Shown here piece after piece: positions 17,096-27,179 of a stretch of DNA of 40,034 bases. The DNA is taken from positions 1-40,034 of IMG/VR virus record IMGVR_UViG_3300044708_000034. One strand, 5' to 3'. Under the pieces are notes generated by a model. It saw nothing but the letters and a program-made list of their open reading frames with translations, searched no databases and was not told where the DNA came from. Numbering within the stretch: position 1 is the first letter of the stretch; every line of letters begins with the position of its first letter. The translations under genes were made by a program, and so were the position numbers. The stretch comes from a virus. Lineage: Duplodnaviria; Caudoviricetes.

Positions 17096-19455
17096 GTAAG
17101 CATCGCATTGAAGCGGCTCATTTCCTGATGCAGAGCACCGGCAATGGCTCGACTGTTTTTAGAAAGAAATGAACTGAAAGATTTACTATCCATCGCCTGA
17201 ACGTTGAAGTGAACATGCAGTGGTCTGCCACCAGCACCACCATTGCCATCCGCCATACGTCGAATCGCGTTTGCATGTTTGGCAGGCAGCACCATTTCAT
17301 TTTCATGCAGCTGCGTCATTGGATTAACGCCACTCGGAATGTCATAGCCGCCCTTGGCAGACGAGATGCGACTGGCGAGTCCATACACCGCAGCACCAGC
17401 AGCAAGCGCGAGTACAGGCGCAAGGAAGGGACCGACAATCGGGATACTTGAAATCGCTGACCATACACCGGAGATAACCTTCACGGCATTGATCGCGATG
17501 GTCTTGAGTGCGGCAGCGATGGTTGCAATCAGGCCGCGCTTGGCGCCGGTTTCTTCTGCGGTAGCGCGTATCTCCGCGCCCACGACAGCAGAAGTTGTTT
17601 TAGTCGCTTCTGCTGTGAGTGCCATCGTCAACTTTTCAGTTTCATATTCGATGAACTGCTCAACAATCTGTTGCCCAATGTTGGCAAGTGCCTGCTTGAG
17701 GCTCATCGTATGCTGGATCATTCCCTTGACGGTATTCGCCATCGTATGAGCAATGGGCGACATCATGTTCTGCCAGAACATCTGGTTTTTCAGCGCTGTT
17801 TGCTGTTCGATTTGAAGAATCTGCGCCGTGTGTTGCTTCTCAAGCAATACCTTCTGATCTTCAACTTGTTTGCGCTTGAGCGCATCAGCCTTGACCAGCT
17901 CAAGGCGCTTATTCAGCGCTGCCATTTCAATCTGGTACTTTTCTTGTTCAAGTTGCTTGAGCGTTGCGGCTTCCTGCCTGGCGGTCGTCTTGCCCATGTC
18001 GACGCCGAATTGCAAGGCAGCACGCTTGTTACTGATCTCTTGCTCGCCAATGCTCTTGTCGAAGCTGATGTCTTCTTCTGCGAGCGCACGCTCTTGTGCT
18101 CGGATCGCTTTCTTGACGGATAGTATTTCGCTTTCAATCTTGACGCGAAGGCTCTTTTCTTCTTCGGTATTGCCTTTAACGGTGGCAAGTTTTTCAGTCC
18201 AGTATTGCTGATCCGCTGCAAGGTCTTGTTCGCGGGCTTCGCCCTGGGCATCCTTGATCTGCTTTAACTGCAATTGCATGGCAGCAAACATATTGCCTGC
18301 GGTTGACTTCTTCTGCCCACCAGAGGAATTCTCGACGCCGCCAGCTGGTGCTTTTGATTCAGTGACCTGGCTCTTTGGTAGGGTGCCATTGATTGCGGCA
18401 AATATTTCCTTGCCTGAATTGGCTGCATCGGCCATTGCATCCTTAATGTTCTGCGAGCGAGTCTTCACAACATCCTTGATCTGATCCATGCCGGCTTCCC
18501 ACGAAGCCTTGACGCCAGTCCAATCACCCTTGGCTGTTTTGATGGCAATGTCGGCAACCATCGCGAGCGCAGTGACTGAAAACTCAACGAACATCGCCAG
18601 CACGTTCCATGCAACCTTGATTCGATCTGTGAAGATGCTGATGACATCGGTCAAAATGACAATGGCACGACGTGTCAGATCCACGGCTTGCGGACCGATA
18701 TTGCCGAACCATTGGCCAGACTTGATCAGTGATGGCATAAGCGCATCACCGATGGTCTTCTTGATACCCAGCATCACATCGTCGATCTCGTTCATTGCAG
18801 ATCGGTATGCCTTTACCTGTTGGACGTTTTCTTCGCCAACCAGCAGGCCAAGGGCTTCGGCCTTCTTGCGCGCTTCCTCCATGACTTCTGCAGTCAGTTT
18901 CAATGTGGGCGCGACCTCTGCCCATGATCGCCCGTAGATTTTCTGGCCTTCAATGTTGCGGTCAATACCTTCCTTGAAATCAAGCAGGCGCTTGTTAACA
19001 TCCTGCATCACATCAAAGGTTGATCGGAAATGGCCGCTCGCATCGCGTGTCTTAACGCCGAGCGATGTGATCGCGACCTCATTGGTTCGCATCGTTGTGG
19101 TCAACTTGTTTGCTGCCGTCGACAGCGTGTCTTGCGACACAAATACATCGTCAAGCGCAACCTTCAAAATGCTGGCTTCAGTAGCAGTCATGCCGAACTG
19201 CTTACCGAGTGACATTGACTCCTTCGTCAGATTCATTGTTGCTTCGATGGAGTCCTTGAACATTGCGCCACCAGCAAGTGCGGCAGACAATCCGATCATG
19301 ATCCCATTGAATTTGGTGAACACGCCTTGCAGAGATTCAAAACCGCCTTTCATCTGGGCGACACCATTTTTCACGGACGCAGCAGCCTGACGCATCGCTT
19401 CTTGGGCGCCACTCGCATCGCCTATGATCTTGACTTGTGTGTTATTTTCGGCCAT
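17092..19455 (-). CDS. Tail tape measure protein
   Basis: Long helical Ala/Lys-rich ORF; C-terminal SAKGGYDIP..LHENEMVLPA. Confidence 0.9.
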   Translation of the reverse strand: MAENNTQVKIIGDASGAQEAMRQAAASVKNGVAQMKGGFESLQGVFTKFNGIMIGLSAALAGGAMFKDSIEATMNLTKESMSLGKQFGMTATEASILKVALDDVFVSQDTLSTAANKLTTTMRTNEVAITSLGVKTRDASGHFRSTFDVMQDVNKRLLDFKEGIDRNIEGQKIYGRSWAEVAPTLKLTAEVMEEARKKAEALGLLVGEENVQQVKAYRSAMNEIDDVMLGIKKTIGDALMPSLIKSGQWFGNIGPQAVDLTRRAIVILTDVISIFTDRIKVAWNVLAMFVEFSVTALAMVADIAIKTAKGDWTGVKASWEAGMDQIKDVVKTRSQNIKDAMADAANSGKEIFAAINGTLPKSQVTESKAPAGGVENSSGGQKKSTAGNMFAAMQLQLKQIKDAQGEAREQDLAADQQYWTEKLATVKGNTEEEKSLRVKIESEILSVKKAIRAQERALAEEDISFDKSIGEQEISNKRAALQFGVDMGKTTARQEAATLKQLEQEKYQIEMAALNKRLELVKADALKRKQVEDQKVLLEKQHTAQILQIEQQTALKNQMFWQNMMSPIAHTMANTVKGMIQHTMSLKQALANIGQQIVEQFIEYETEKLTMALTAEATKTTSAVVGAEIRATAEETGAKRGLIATIAAALKTIAINAVKVISGVWSAISSIPIVGPFLAPVLALAAGAAVYGLASRISSAKGGYDIPSGVNPMTQLHENEMVLPAKHANAIRRMADGNGGAGGRPLHVHFNVQAMDSKSFSSFLSKNSRAIAGALHQEMSRFNAMLT

Positions 19456-19741
19456 TGAATTCTGATTTCAGTTTTGCAAATTGCTGGTCATTGGGATCGA
19501 TCGGCTTAAGCACTGCTTGATCACCGGTAATCAATTTGGATGACTTCGATCCAATACCAAGATAAGCAGCCACCATCACATGCAATGGTGGGCTCTTGGC
19601 TTGGTACTGATTGATTTCGAGCACACGCGGAATGGTCATGTGCTCGTCGATATACTCGTAAGTCCATCCGGGGAAACAGGTCAAAAGGTGGGCGTACAAA
19701 TCGCCCCAATCTAACGGCCCGTCGCCCCCGTCGCTTCCCCC
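19442..19741 (-). CDS. Tail assembly chaperone C-terminal (T) portion, reached by -1 frameshift
   Basis: -1 frame from GGGGGAA reads GSDGGDGPLDWGDLYAHLLTC into ORF 19442-19699. Confidence 0.75.
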   Translation of the reverse strand, partial: GGSDGGDGPLDWGDLYAHLLTCFPGWTYEYIDEHMTIPRVLEINQYQAKSPPLHVMVAAYLGIGSKSSKLITGDQAVLKPIDPNDQQFAKLKSEFNGRK

Positions 19742-20034
19742 GATGGAACAAGCCCGCTGATACCCATCACTGCATCAAGCACCGTTTTGAAGTTGGACAG
19801 GTCGAGCATTTCCTCAACCTGTTCAGCGGTGATTTCTGGATAGTTTCGCGATAGTGCTGCGGTGGTTATCTTGATTGCTGAGCTGACAACCTGATCCTGC
19901 GGCGTTCCATTCGCAGTCACGCTATCAATATCAGGCATCAATCGCTTAACCTGGCCAAGCGAAAGCGCGGGAACCGTGTACTGATTCCCGCCCAACGAAA
20001 TTGGCACGCCATCGATCAAAGTTCTATCAGCCAT
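19711..20034 (-). CDS. Tail assembly chaperone (G-like)
   Basis: Between tail tube and tape measure; slippery site near the end. Confidence 0.8.
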   Translation of the reverse strand: MADRTLIDGVPISLGGNQYTVPALSLGQVKRLMPDIDSVTANGTPQDQVVSSAIKITTAALSRNYPEITAEQVEEMLDLSNFKTVLDAVMGISGLVPSGEATGATGR

Positions 20035-20038
20035 TCAA

Positions 20039-20806
20039 TTACTCCGAAGTTGACCAGTCGTATACGTTGCCGGCGCCGTCATCCATGAGCGAGAAATCAA
20101 GCTCGGGGACTGCGAAGTCTTCGTTCTTGAATGGCAAGCCGAACTTCGTGCAGATGCAGTTACGCGCATCCAGGTGGAACTTCTTGCCTTGATAATCCAC
20201 CTGCAGCCGCGCACGGAAGGTGGGCGCATAACCCATCGCTAAATTGCGAACCGTTTGCTTGAAGCCAATGCCAGCGGTGCTCGCTGTGTATTGGTAGTTG
20301 ATATAGACAATCTTTGTCGTATCCGCTGCAGCGAAGGTGTAAACGCCGGTACCGACGTTGACGGCGTACTGGCCGGTTGCAGGCGCAGAGGCGACGCGAG
20401 TCATTGGGTTGCCGTTCTGATCAATTACGCCCAAATCGGCAGCAAAAGTGCCTGAGCTTGGCGGAGCAATTGTGATCTGAAATGGCGTTGAAGGAATCGC
20501 AGTGCCCGCTGTATCCGTGAATGCAGCGATCAATCCGTTGCTGACGGTTTGACCGAAATAGATTGTGTTCCAGACATTCGCCAGAACGCGCGCGCTCTTT
20601 ACTTTGAGCGTTGTCGTTACCTTTCCGCGACCAGTCGCAACAGCGCGCTGGTTCTGGCCGAACAATTCCTTTTTGTCGGCGCTTTCGTCGACAGCGCCTT
20701 CCTGCATTACAAGCAAGGGGTAGCTTGTCGGATTGGCAATGCTATTGCCATTAGCATCTAACAGCGGGGTGACATACATCTGGCCAGCGCCGAATAGTAA
20801 TTGCAT
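20039..20806 (-). CDS. Major tail tube protein
   Basis: Position, GGAG SD, KELFGQNQ..ATGRGK, FKNEDFAVPELDF. Confidence 0.8.
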   Translation of the reverse strand: MQLLFGAGQMYVTPLLDANGNSIANPTSYPLLVMQEGAVDESADKKELFGQNQRAVATGRGKVTTTLKVKSARVLANVWNTIYFGQTVSNGLIAAFTDTAGTAIPSTPFQITIAPPSSGTFAADLGVIDQNGNPMTRVASAPATGQYAVNVGTGVYTFAAADTTKIVYINYQYTASTAGIGFKQTVRNLAMGYAPTFRARLQVDYQGKKFHLDARNCICTKFGLPFKNEDFAVPELDFSLMDDGAGNVYDWSTSE

Positions 20807-20819
20807 GATTTGTTACTCC

Positions 20820-20845
20820 AAAAAAAAGGCCGCACAATGGCGGCC
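20820..20845 (-). terminator. Intrinsic terminator upstream of the tail tube gene
   Basis: GGCCGC-6-GCGGCC then T8. Confidence 0.75.
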
Positions 20846-20873
20846 CTGGTCGGGGATTAAGTGGGGTTAGTGA

Positions 20874-21302
20874 TTAAGAGGAAACTTTAATAAAAATTGG
20901 AATGAGCGCGAAACCTTGATCAGACAACACGCCCTCATCGGTTTGAATCTGCCCTTCGATCCAGCAGTGCTCACACAAACCACCAAGCGTCTGCTTGTTG
21001 GTAATGGTACTGGGCGCAATTGATGCAACCACTGCGTCAAGCAATGGGTTCAATACTTCGTTCGGCGAAATCTCATCATTGCCACCAGTGTTGACGTAGA
21101 TCATCACATCAACTTGCAACGTCCATATGGTGTTAAGACCTGGGACTGTTTCAGCGCCCTCCGTGCGAGGCATCATGTACAACGCTGGTTGATCCGGAGC
21201 GGAGACGTTTGTCCAGTGCTGGAAACGACGCGATGTCGTTTGAAACTGTGCACTTGCTCTCAGCAAATTGAACAGCGCTGAATAAATCGGCTCACGGATC
21301 AT
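20874..21302 (-). CDS. Tail completion/terminator protein
   Basis: Position; QTLGGLCEHCWIEG. Confidence 0.7.
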   Translation of the reverse strand: MIREPIYSALFNLLRASAQFQTTSRRFQHWTNVSAPDQPALYMMPRTEGAETVPGLNTIWTLQVDVMIYVNTGGNDEISPNEVLNPLLDAVVASIAPSTITNKQTLGGLCEHCWIEGQIQTDEGVLSDQGFALIPIFIKVSS

Positions 21303-21304
21303 GG

Positions 21305-21766
21305 TTAGCTTGCCTTCAAATAGGTATTGATTGCACCTTCAATCTCGCCTTGAATCTCTGGCTCCAGCTCTTTCAGCGCTGAGCGCAAAAACGACTTTTC
21401 AGGTACGTCCATTTTCCTTGATTGCGATCGCACCATTGATTCCTTGCCGCTCTTGGCGCGTCGTATGTGTTCACGCACCGTCACCATCCCGTGAAAGCCG
21501 AACTCGTGCACGTGCGCGTACTCGACGTTTGTGCCGACGATTCCTTCAACCTTGCTGGCTGCCTCGGTGACTCTTGTATTGATCGATCGACGCAAGCGAC
21601 CAGACCGAACATTAAGTACTTCGCCATTAAGCTTTTGCTTTGAGAGTTTCTGCACCATGATCACGGCGCGAGTGATTCCCTTTTTCAATGCCGCATGGAA
21701 TTCCTGCGGCATGACTTGAAACTTGGCGACAACCTGCTCGCCACCGATGACATATCCCTTGAGCAT
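21305..21766 (-). CDS. HK97 gp10-like virion morphogenesis protein
   Basis: RSGRLRRSI..VGTNVEYAHVHEFG..PEKSFLRSAL. Confidence 0.85.
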   Translation of the reverse strand: MLKGYVIGGEQVVAKFQVMPQEFHAALKKGITRAVIMVQKLSKQKLNGEVLNVRSGRLRRSINTRVTEAASKVEGIVGTNVEYAHVHEFGFHGMVTVREHIRRAKSGKESMVRSQSRKMDVPEKSFLRSALKELEPEIQGEIEGAINTYLKAS

Positions 21767-21768
21767 CG

Positions 21769-22320
21769 TTAAACGGGAATGACCCGCTTCCAGTTCTGCA
21801 GCATCGTCTGCACTGACTTCGGCATGTCGCCCGTGAAGTACGCTGCAGTTTCGTTTCCGTTCACCGTGGTGGATGTCATGCCGATGCGATCGCGCTCTTT
21901 GTAACGCAGCGACAACAGCTCAATGCATGCCTGTTCAAGTTCTGCCGGCACGGCCACATAACCAGCGGTGTAGGTCAGTACCACGTTTTGAAATCCGCGG
22001 TTAAATCTGTAGCCACGCAACATGATCTGCTGGCTGTCGAACACATACCCGTTGACCGTATAATCGGTCGACACGGGTATGGTGGTCCCATCAATGGACA
22101 ATGAAGCGACCGCCGTAACTGGATAATTCGCCAGCGACATACGAGTGCCGCCGGTACCATTGCGTGACTCGGTGTAGGACTGTTGAAAGATGTCCCGATT
22201 GAGCCATTGCGTGATGAACTGCGTGGACGCAGTGATCAAACGCTTCAGCAATGCATCGTCAGACGTGCCTGTGATTTTCAGCCACGCCTTGACGCTATCC
22301 AATGTCGTTAAATCGGTCAT
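21769..22320 (-). CDS. Head-tail connector protein
   Basis: LTTLDSVKAWL..DDALL.RLI..YTAGY..VPAELEQAC. Confidence 0.85.
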   Translation of the reverse strand: MTDLTTLDSVKAWLKITGTSDDALLKRLITASTQFITQWLNRDIFQQSYTESRNGTGGTRMSLANYPVTAVASLSIDGTTIPVSTDYTVNGYVFDSQQIMLRGYRFNRGFQNVVLTYTAGYVAVPAELEQACIELLSLRYKERDRIGMTSTTVNGNETAAYFTGDMPKSVQTMLQNWKRVIPV

Positions 22321-22323
22321 TGG

Positions 22324-22617
22324 TTACTGACCAGCGCCCGCAGCGGCAGCGGCAGCTTCGGCGGCTTCTTTTTCAGCAGCAATGCGTTTTTCTTCGGCTT
22401 TCTGTTGAGCCTTTGTTAATGGCTTGCCAGAAGCATCGTTGCCGGCGGCATCGTTTTCAGACTCATCCTCTGGAAGGTCTTGTGCGACAACAACACCATG
22501 ACATTGCAGATCCGCAAACGCCTCTGCACTAATGTCCGCGAACCCGTTTTCGTCGGCTTCAATGATTTCGCCTGCGTGCGAAACCGAAGGGCAGCCCTTT
22601 GGGAATTTTACTTTCAT
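22324..22617 (-). CDS. Small head-associated protein
   Basis: GGAG SD; follows the capsid gene; Ala/Lys/Glu-rich tail. Confidence 0.7.
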   Translation of the reverse strand: MKVKFPKGCPSVSHAGEIIEADENGFADISAEAFADLQCHGVVVAQDLPEDESENDAAGNDASGKPLTKAQQKAEEKRIAAEKEAAEAAAAAAGAGQ

Positions 22618-22680
22618 GATTACTCCGAATGAGATCGAGTGAATGGGGAGCGTCCTTGCTCCAGATTTCGTGCCGATTGC

Positions 22681-24186
22681 TTAGGCGATGTTGCTGATGA
22701 TACCCAGAGTGAATGGGATGAAATGTTGCAGCACTTCATCGGCATACACGGCGTATTCGTACTTGCGAGTACGCAGCGGCCATTCGATCTGGTAGTACTC
22801 TTGGCGAGTACGTACACGACAGATGTCGGTAACGCCATCGACATAAGCAGGCACAGAGCCGGTATAGAACATCATCGTGCCGGGCGGCATATTGGGATGC
22901 ACAACCAGATTGATGATCTCGCCAGTGATAGGCGACAGATACTTGCCGACATTTCGACCAGCAACCATCTCCATCGGAGAATTCGGATCAACAATGAACT
23001 GCACGTTTGGATTCGTGCTACCCAATACCAAGTTAGTGATCTTCTGGAATTGGTTGAAGTTCAGGTAGATGTCCGAAGGCTGACAACGGTATTGCTGATA
23101 GTAGTTAGCCAAGGCCACATCAATTTCAACAATGCGACCGCTACCCGCTGTCAATGTCGTACCAGTGCCAGGTGTGCCAGTTGCCAATGCATTGAAATAT
23201 GCATTGTTTGCAGACTTCGCGGCTTGGGTCAGCAAGCCATCAAACTCCAGTACGCTGGTAGAACTGTCCACACCAGTTAATGCAGTAGCAAGTTGACCAA
23301 CACCTGCAAGCGCGGTCGTGAATGAAACTGAATTGATCGTGGTGACCTTCTCCAGCTTTTCACTGCCTGCTGTACCAACGAACCATGCATATGCATAGGC
23401 ACCGCGAACAGCGGCTACAGTTGCGAACAAGTTCTGGGCACCGGTGACAGCAAGTGATGCCGCAGCAGATTTCTGTGCACTGCCGCCACCAAAGGTGTCA
23501 GTGGTTCCATCAGCATTTGTGCGGACGATTTGAGCTGGAACGGTTGCCGTTGCAAGATTCAGGCTCTGGTTCACATTGCCATTGTTGGCACCGGCCAGAT
23601 CCCAATAAGCTTGCAAACCCAGTGCAACGCAGATGACCGAGTATGTGGCATTGCCCAATGTGCCCGAGCCGCCTTGGCTCAGTGTAGGTGTCGGAGTCGT
23701 GCCAAGCGCAAGACTGGTATTGCCACCAAGGATGATCAGCTCTTCAGCAACCATCAAGCCTTGCAGAGATTGCAATACTGCACCTGCCTTCAAGTCCTCA
23801 AAGCCGCGTGCGGCATAATCCGCTTCGAACGTCACGCTCTTTTCCAAACCGATGCCACGATATGCAGCAAGGTTTTCAGTCAAGGTGTGACTGATCTGCG
23901 CGCCGCGCTTACCTTCTGAAACACCTACACGGATGTTTTGAGAGTTGATGCCGGTGATCGCCTTCCAGTTCGCTTGAATAGAAAAGCCACCACCAACACG
24001 CGCAATGCGATTGCGGAGAGGGGTCAGTACTGGATACAGCTTTTTGCTGGGTGCTTCCAGGTCATAAGCCTGTAAGCCAGTAGTCGCTGTGCTGGGCTGG
24101 GTAAAGTTCTTTGCGATGATGTCGGCATTGCTGGCAGCTTGCGCGGTTTTCAGCAGAGCCAATGTCTCTTGAGTGTTTACGTTCAT
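22681..24186 (-). CDS. Major capsid protein
   Basis: After protease/scaffold; AGGAG SD; YDLEAPSKKLYPVLTPLRNRI..HPNMPPGT..YEYAVYADEVL. Confidence 0.85.
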   Translation of the reverse strand: MNVNTQETLALLKTAQAASNADIIAKNFTQPSTATTGLQAYDLEAPSKKLYPVLTPLRNRIARVGGGFSIQANWKAITGINSQNIRVGVSEGKRGAQISHTLTENLAAYRGIGLEKSVTFEADYAARGFEDLKAGAVLQSLQGLMVAEELIILGGNTSLALGTTPTPTLSQGGSGTLGNATYSVICVALGLQAYWDLAGANNGNVNQSLNLATATVPAQIVRTNADGTTDTFGGGSAQKSAAASLAVTGAQNLFATVAAVRGAYAYAWFVGTAGSEKLEKVTTINSVSFTTALAGVGQLATALTGVDSSTSVLEFDGLLTQAAKSANNAYFNALATGTPGTGTTLTAGSGRIVEIDVALANYYQQYRCQPSDIYLNFNQFQKITNLVLGSTNPNVQFIVDPNSPMEMVAGRNVGKYLSPITGEIINLVVHPNMPPGTMMFYTGSVPAYVDGVTDICRVRTRQEYYQIEWPLRTRKYEYAVYADEVLQHFIPFTLGIISNIA

Positions 24187-24204
24187 GGTGATTTCTCCTG
24201 ACAT

Positions 24205-24237
24205 AAAAAAACCGCGCACCCTTTCGGATGCACGGCT
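24205..24237 (-). terminator. Intrinsic terminator upstream of the capsid gene
   Basis: AGCCGTGCATCC-GAAA-GGGTGCGCGGTT then T-tract. Confidence 0.75.
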
Positions 24238-24270
24238 TGTTCGTGGTTGAGTGATTAGATGGTTAGTGGG

Positions 24271-25704
24271 TTAAAGGGATGAAGTAAGTGGATTGAATTT
24301 TTTGCCGCCTGTGGCATGCGCGGCTTTGATGAGCGTGGCAACATCATCGACGCTACCGTCCGCCTTCAAAATTGGTTTGATCTCTGGGTCTTTGTCTGCG
24401 ACAACGATGTCTTCACCTTTGCCGATGGCTTTCAATAGAGCCTTGCCCGGCAATGGCTGCGCGTTCAGTACTTGCACTTGCGCCTCAAGCGTGCTGACGG
24501 TTTTCACCAAGGTTTCGATTTTCTCATCGCGCTTGGCGAGTTCGCCTTTCAGCAATTCGTCGGGTGATTCCGTCTTGGATATTTCAACTGCGGGTTCGGC
24601 TTTCGCTACTTCAATTGCAGCGGCTTTGTCTTTGTCGTCGTCGCCCTGCTTGTCATCGTCCTTGTCGTAGCCCATTCCATCCATCTTGGCGCAGCAATCT
24701 TTCATGGCTTTGTGCACATCAGCGAGCACGGCCTTTGTTTCCTTGCTGTACTTGGCGCCAGCTTTGGCAAGGCTGATGCCCTTTGACAGTTCGTCGATGA
24801 ACACAACCATGTCGCCGCGGCATCCAGCGCTATACAACGCCTTGGATACTTTGTCGTATCCTTCAACCACGTGGTCGACCATTTCGCGGCTGTACTTCTG
24901 CATTTCACTTGGCACTGCTGCCTTAAGCGATGCCAGCAGTTCGCTTGTTTCTTCGGTGACCATGTTCTCGAAGATCATGACGCCGGTTGCCAGCCAGTCC
25001 TTAAGTTGCATCGAAAGCGGAGAGTTGTCGCCTTCCCATATCGCTTCACTTGCCGAGTCTTGAGCAAGCCAACCAATCTGCGAAAGCACTGATACGAAGT
25101 CTTGCAGAGAATACATGCCCTTTTGAACTACTGCAGGCACGATCTTCGCGCGTGGTTCAATAACTAAAATTGATTTCTGTCCGGCCTTAAGCAATACCGT
25201 TGCTGAAATCTTTTTCTCATTCAGCATCTTCGCGATTTCTTCGACGGCTTCCTCGTCGGTCATTTCGACTGATTCCGCTTTGTAGCAGGTCAGCACCGCT
25301 TCTGGATTTGCAGGGCGATCAACCAGTGAAACTTCGATCAGCTTCAAACCAGTGATGCGAGTCTTATCGGCTTCATCGCGCTTGGTGACTTTGCCACCGA
25401 TGCTGAAACCTTTATAAACGCCTGCATTCACTTTCTTGACCGCAATCGGGTCAACGATGTGCGCACCGAATGAAGTTTTTCCATCGTCTTCTACTTTGGC
25501 TTCAATGGCAGTGCCGGCGGCGATCGCCTGATGCATTTCACGCACAGCGCCGAACTTCATATAATCAGGCAATGCGGCTTTCATCGCATCGGATGTGATT
25601 ACTTCGCCGTCGGCGTCAATGGCCTCGCTGCTGGCATAGCCATACACTTTCAACGTGCCATCATCCTGCGGTTCAATCTTTGCAATTTCAGCGTATAGAC
25701 GCAT
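24271..25704 (-). CDS. Prohead protease with scaffold-like C-terminus
   Basis: VYGYASSE..VREMH..YKGFSIGG..EVSLVDRPANPEA. Confidence 0.9.
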   Translation of the reverse strand: MRLYAEIAKIEPQDDGTLKVYGYASSEAIDADGEVITSDAMKAALPDYMKFGAVREMHQAIAAGTAIEAKVEDDGKTSFGAHIVDPIAVKKVNAGVYKGFSIGGKVTKRDEADKTRITGLKLIEVSLVDRPANPEAVLTCYKAESVEMTDEEAVEEIAKMLNEKKISATVLLKAGQKSILVIEPRAKIVPAVVQKGMYSLQDFVSVLSQIGWLAQDSASEAIWEGDNSPLSMQLKDWLATGVMIFENMVTEETSELLASLKAAVPSEMQKYSREMVDHVVEGYDKVSKALYSAGCRGDMVVFIDELSKGISLAKAGAKYSKETKAVLADVHKAMKDCCAKMDGMGYDKDDDKQGDDDKDKAAAIEVAKAEPAVEISKTESPDELLKGELAKRDEKIETLVKTVSTLEAQVQVLNAQPLPGKALLKAIGKGEDIVVADKDPEIKPILKADGSVDDVATLIKAAHATGGKKFNPLTSSL

Positions 25705-25716
25705 GATGTATATCCT

Positions 25717-26031
25717 CTAAGAACGAACAGATAGCACCGCTCGCAATGACGGTGCCTTGAATGAATTGGTGGTGCTGCATGTCACTGCGACACCGTAATC
25801 ACAGCCATCGGTGCGACCGATGACGGGGACAATGATCATGGTTCCGGTCGTATCAATCGACGCGCTACCGTTAGCCAGCAAATTGGGGCTTGCATCAGTT
25901 CCAAATGCCGTATCGAACGCAATCGTAGGCGTGCCAGACAACGTTTCACCCGTGGCGAGATCGTCACTGAAGTCATAAATCAGCTGACGCTTTTCGCCTG
26001 GGCGAATTGGTTTTTTAAATCGTTCTGTCAT
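25717..26031 (-). CDS. Small beta-rich virion adaptor-like protein
   Basis: KKPIRPGEK..YDFSDDLATGETL..G.DY.VAVTCSTT. Confidence 0.7.
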   Translation of the reverse strand: MTERFKKPIRPGEKRQLIYDFSDDLATGETLSGTPTIAFDTAFGTDASPNLLANGSASIDTTGTMIIVPVIGRTDGCDYGVAVTCSTTNSFKAPSLRAVLSVRS

Positions 26032-27179
26032 AGCGTCACTGTGAAATCTCGACGCCTTAGCGTCACAGAAAAATCAGACGGAACAAGCGACACCGTGTAA
26101 TCACGCTTTGGCGCGCGAATTGTCAGTGCACTTGCGAAATACAACGCGACCGTTGTCAATGCGCCACTGGCGATGACTGCACTTTGTGCAGCACCGAACA
26201 GTTTGATAGAAGTACTGAGCGCGCCTGCTGCAGCACTCACTGATTGAGCGCCACCACCAAGCGGTATGCCTGTTGTCAGGGTTCCAATCGCGGTGACGAT
26301 TGACTGTGCTGCACCTACTAACGCCGCTGCATTCGATTGCAGTGATCCGGTTGCAATAACAGTATCCGATGCGTTACCGCCAAGCTTGATGCCAGTCGAT
26401 AGCGCACCCGACGCGGCAGCTTGATCAGATGCAGCACCTAACAATTGAATCGCAGTTGTCAGACCGCCGGTTGCCGTTGCGATCGCTTGAGCTGCACCGC
26501 TCAGTAATGCGCCGCCACTCATGCTTCCGGTCGCGATCGCTGTATCAATTGCAGATCCGGCAAGTTGAATCTGCGTGGTCAAGCTACCGACTGCACTGGC
26601 AATTGCTTGTGCAGCGCCTTGCAGTTTGATCAATGTCGTCAGCGATCCAGATGCAAGCGCCGCACCCTGAGCCGCACCAGATAACGGGATGCCTGTTAAC
26701 AGTTGACCTGTTGCCGTTACAACATCGGCAGCATTACCAGCAAGGGCAGCAGCGGTGCCGCCAAGTGATCCAGTTGCAACCACCGTGTCGCTGGCTGTGC
26801 CGGCAAGCAGTATTGCTGTGGTCAATGCACCCGATGCCGAAGCACTGGCTATTGCATTGACTGCCAATTTAATTGCAGTACTTAAGTTAGCTGTTGCAGT
26901 TGCAACATCCTGAGCATTGCCTCCAAGAGCAATCCCAGTTGTTAATGATCCAGATGCAACTGAGTTATCAGTCGCAGCACCAGCCATCTGAATGGCCGTC
27001 GTCAATACGCCAGCAGCAGTAACAACGTCAATGGCCGCGCCAGCTAATGCAGCAGAACCGCCAGTAACCACTGGGAAAAACCATTCGTTGAAAATGGTTT
27101 GCTGCGTGGCTGCATCACCAACGCCCGGCAAGAATGACTTGCGCAGGATCATCGAGCGGATGGCATTACCCTGTCTCAT
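26028..27179 (-). CDS. Ala/Gly/Thr-rich fibre-like protein with 15 repeats of about 20 aa
   Basis: xLxGxAxxxxxAxGxLTTxI repeats. Confidence 0.8.
   Translation of the reverse strand: MRQGNAIRSMILRKSFLPGVGDAATQQTIFNEWFFPVVTGGSAALAGAAIDVVTAAGVLTTAIQMAGAATDNSVASGSLTTGIALGGNAQDVATATANLSTAIKLAVNAIASASASGALTTAILLAGTASDTVVATGSLGGTAAALAGNAADVVTATGQLLTGIPLSGAAQGAALASGSLTTLIKLQGAAQAIASAVGSLTTQIQLAGSAIDTAIATGSMSGGALLSGAAQAIATATGGLTTAIQLLGAASDQAAASGALSTGIKLGGNASDTVIATGSLQSNAAALVGAAQSIVTAIGTLTTGIPLGGGAQSVSAAAGALSTSIKLFGAAQSAVIASGALTTVALYFASALTIRAPKRDYTVSLVPSDFSVTLRRRDFTVTL

Noticed and set aside
22620-23280. Alternative-frame ORFs over the capsid gene, and the many antisense ORFs in the track
   Set aside because: No motifs, SD or coupling; shadows of real genes, unlike the MTase overlap
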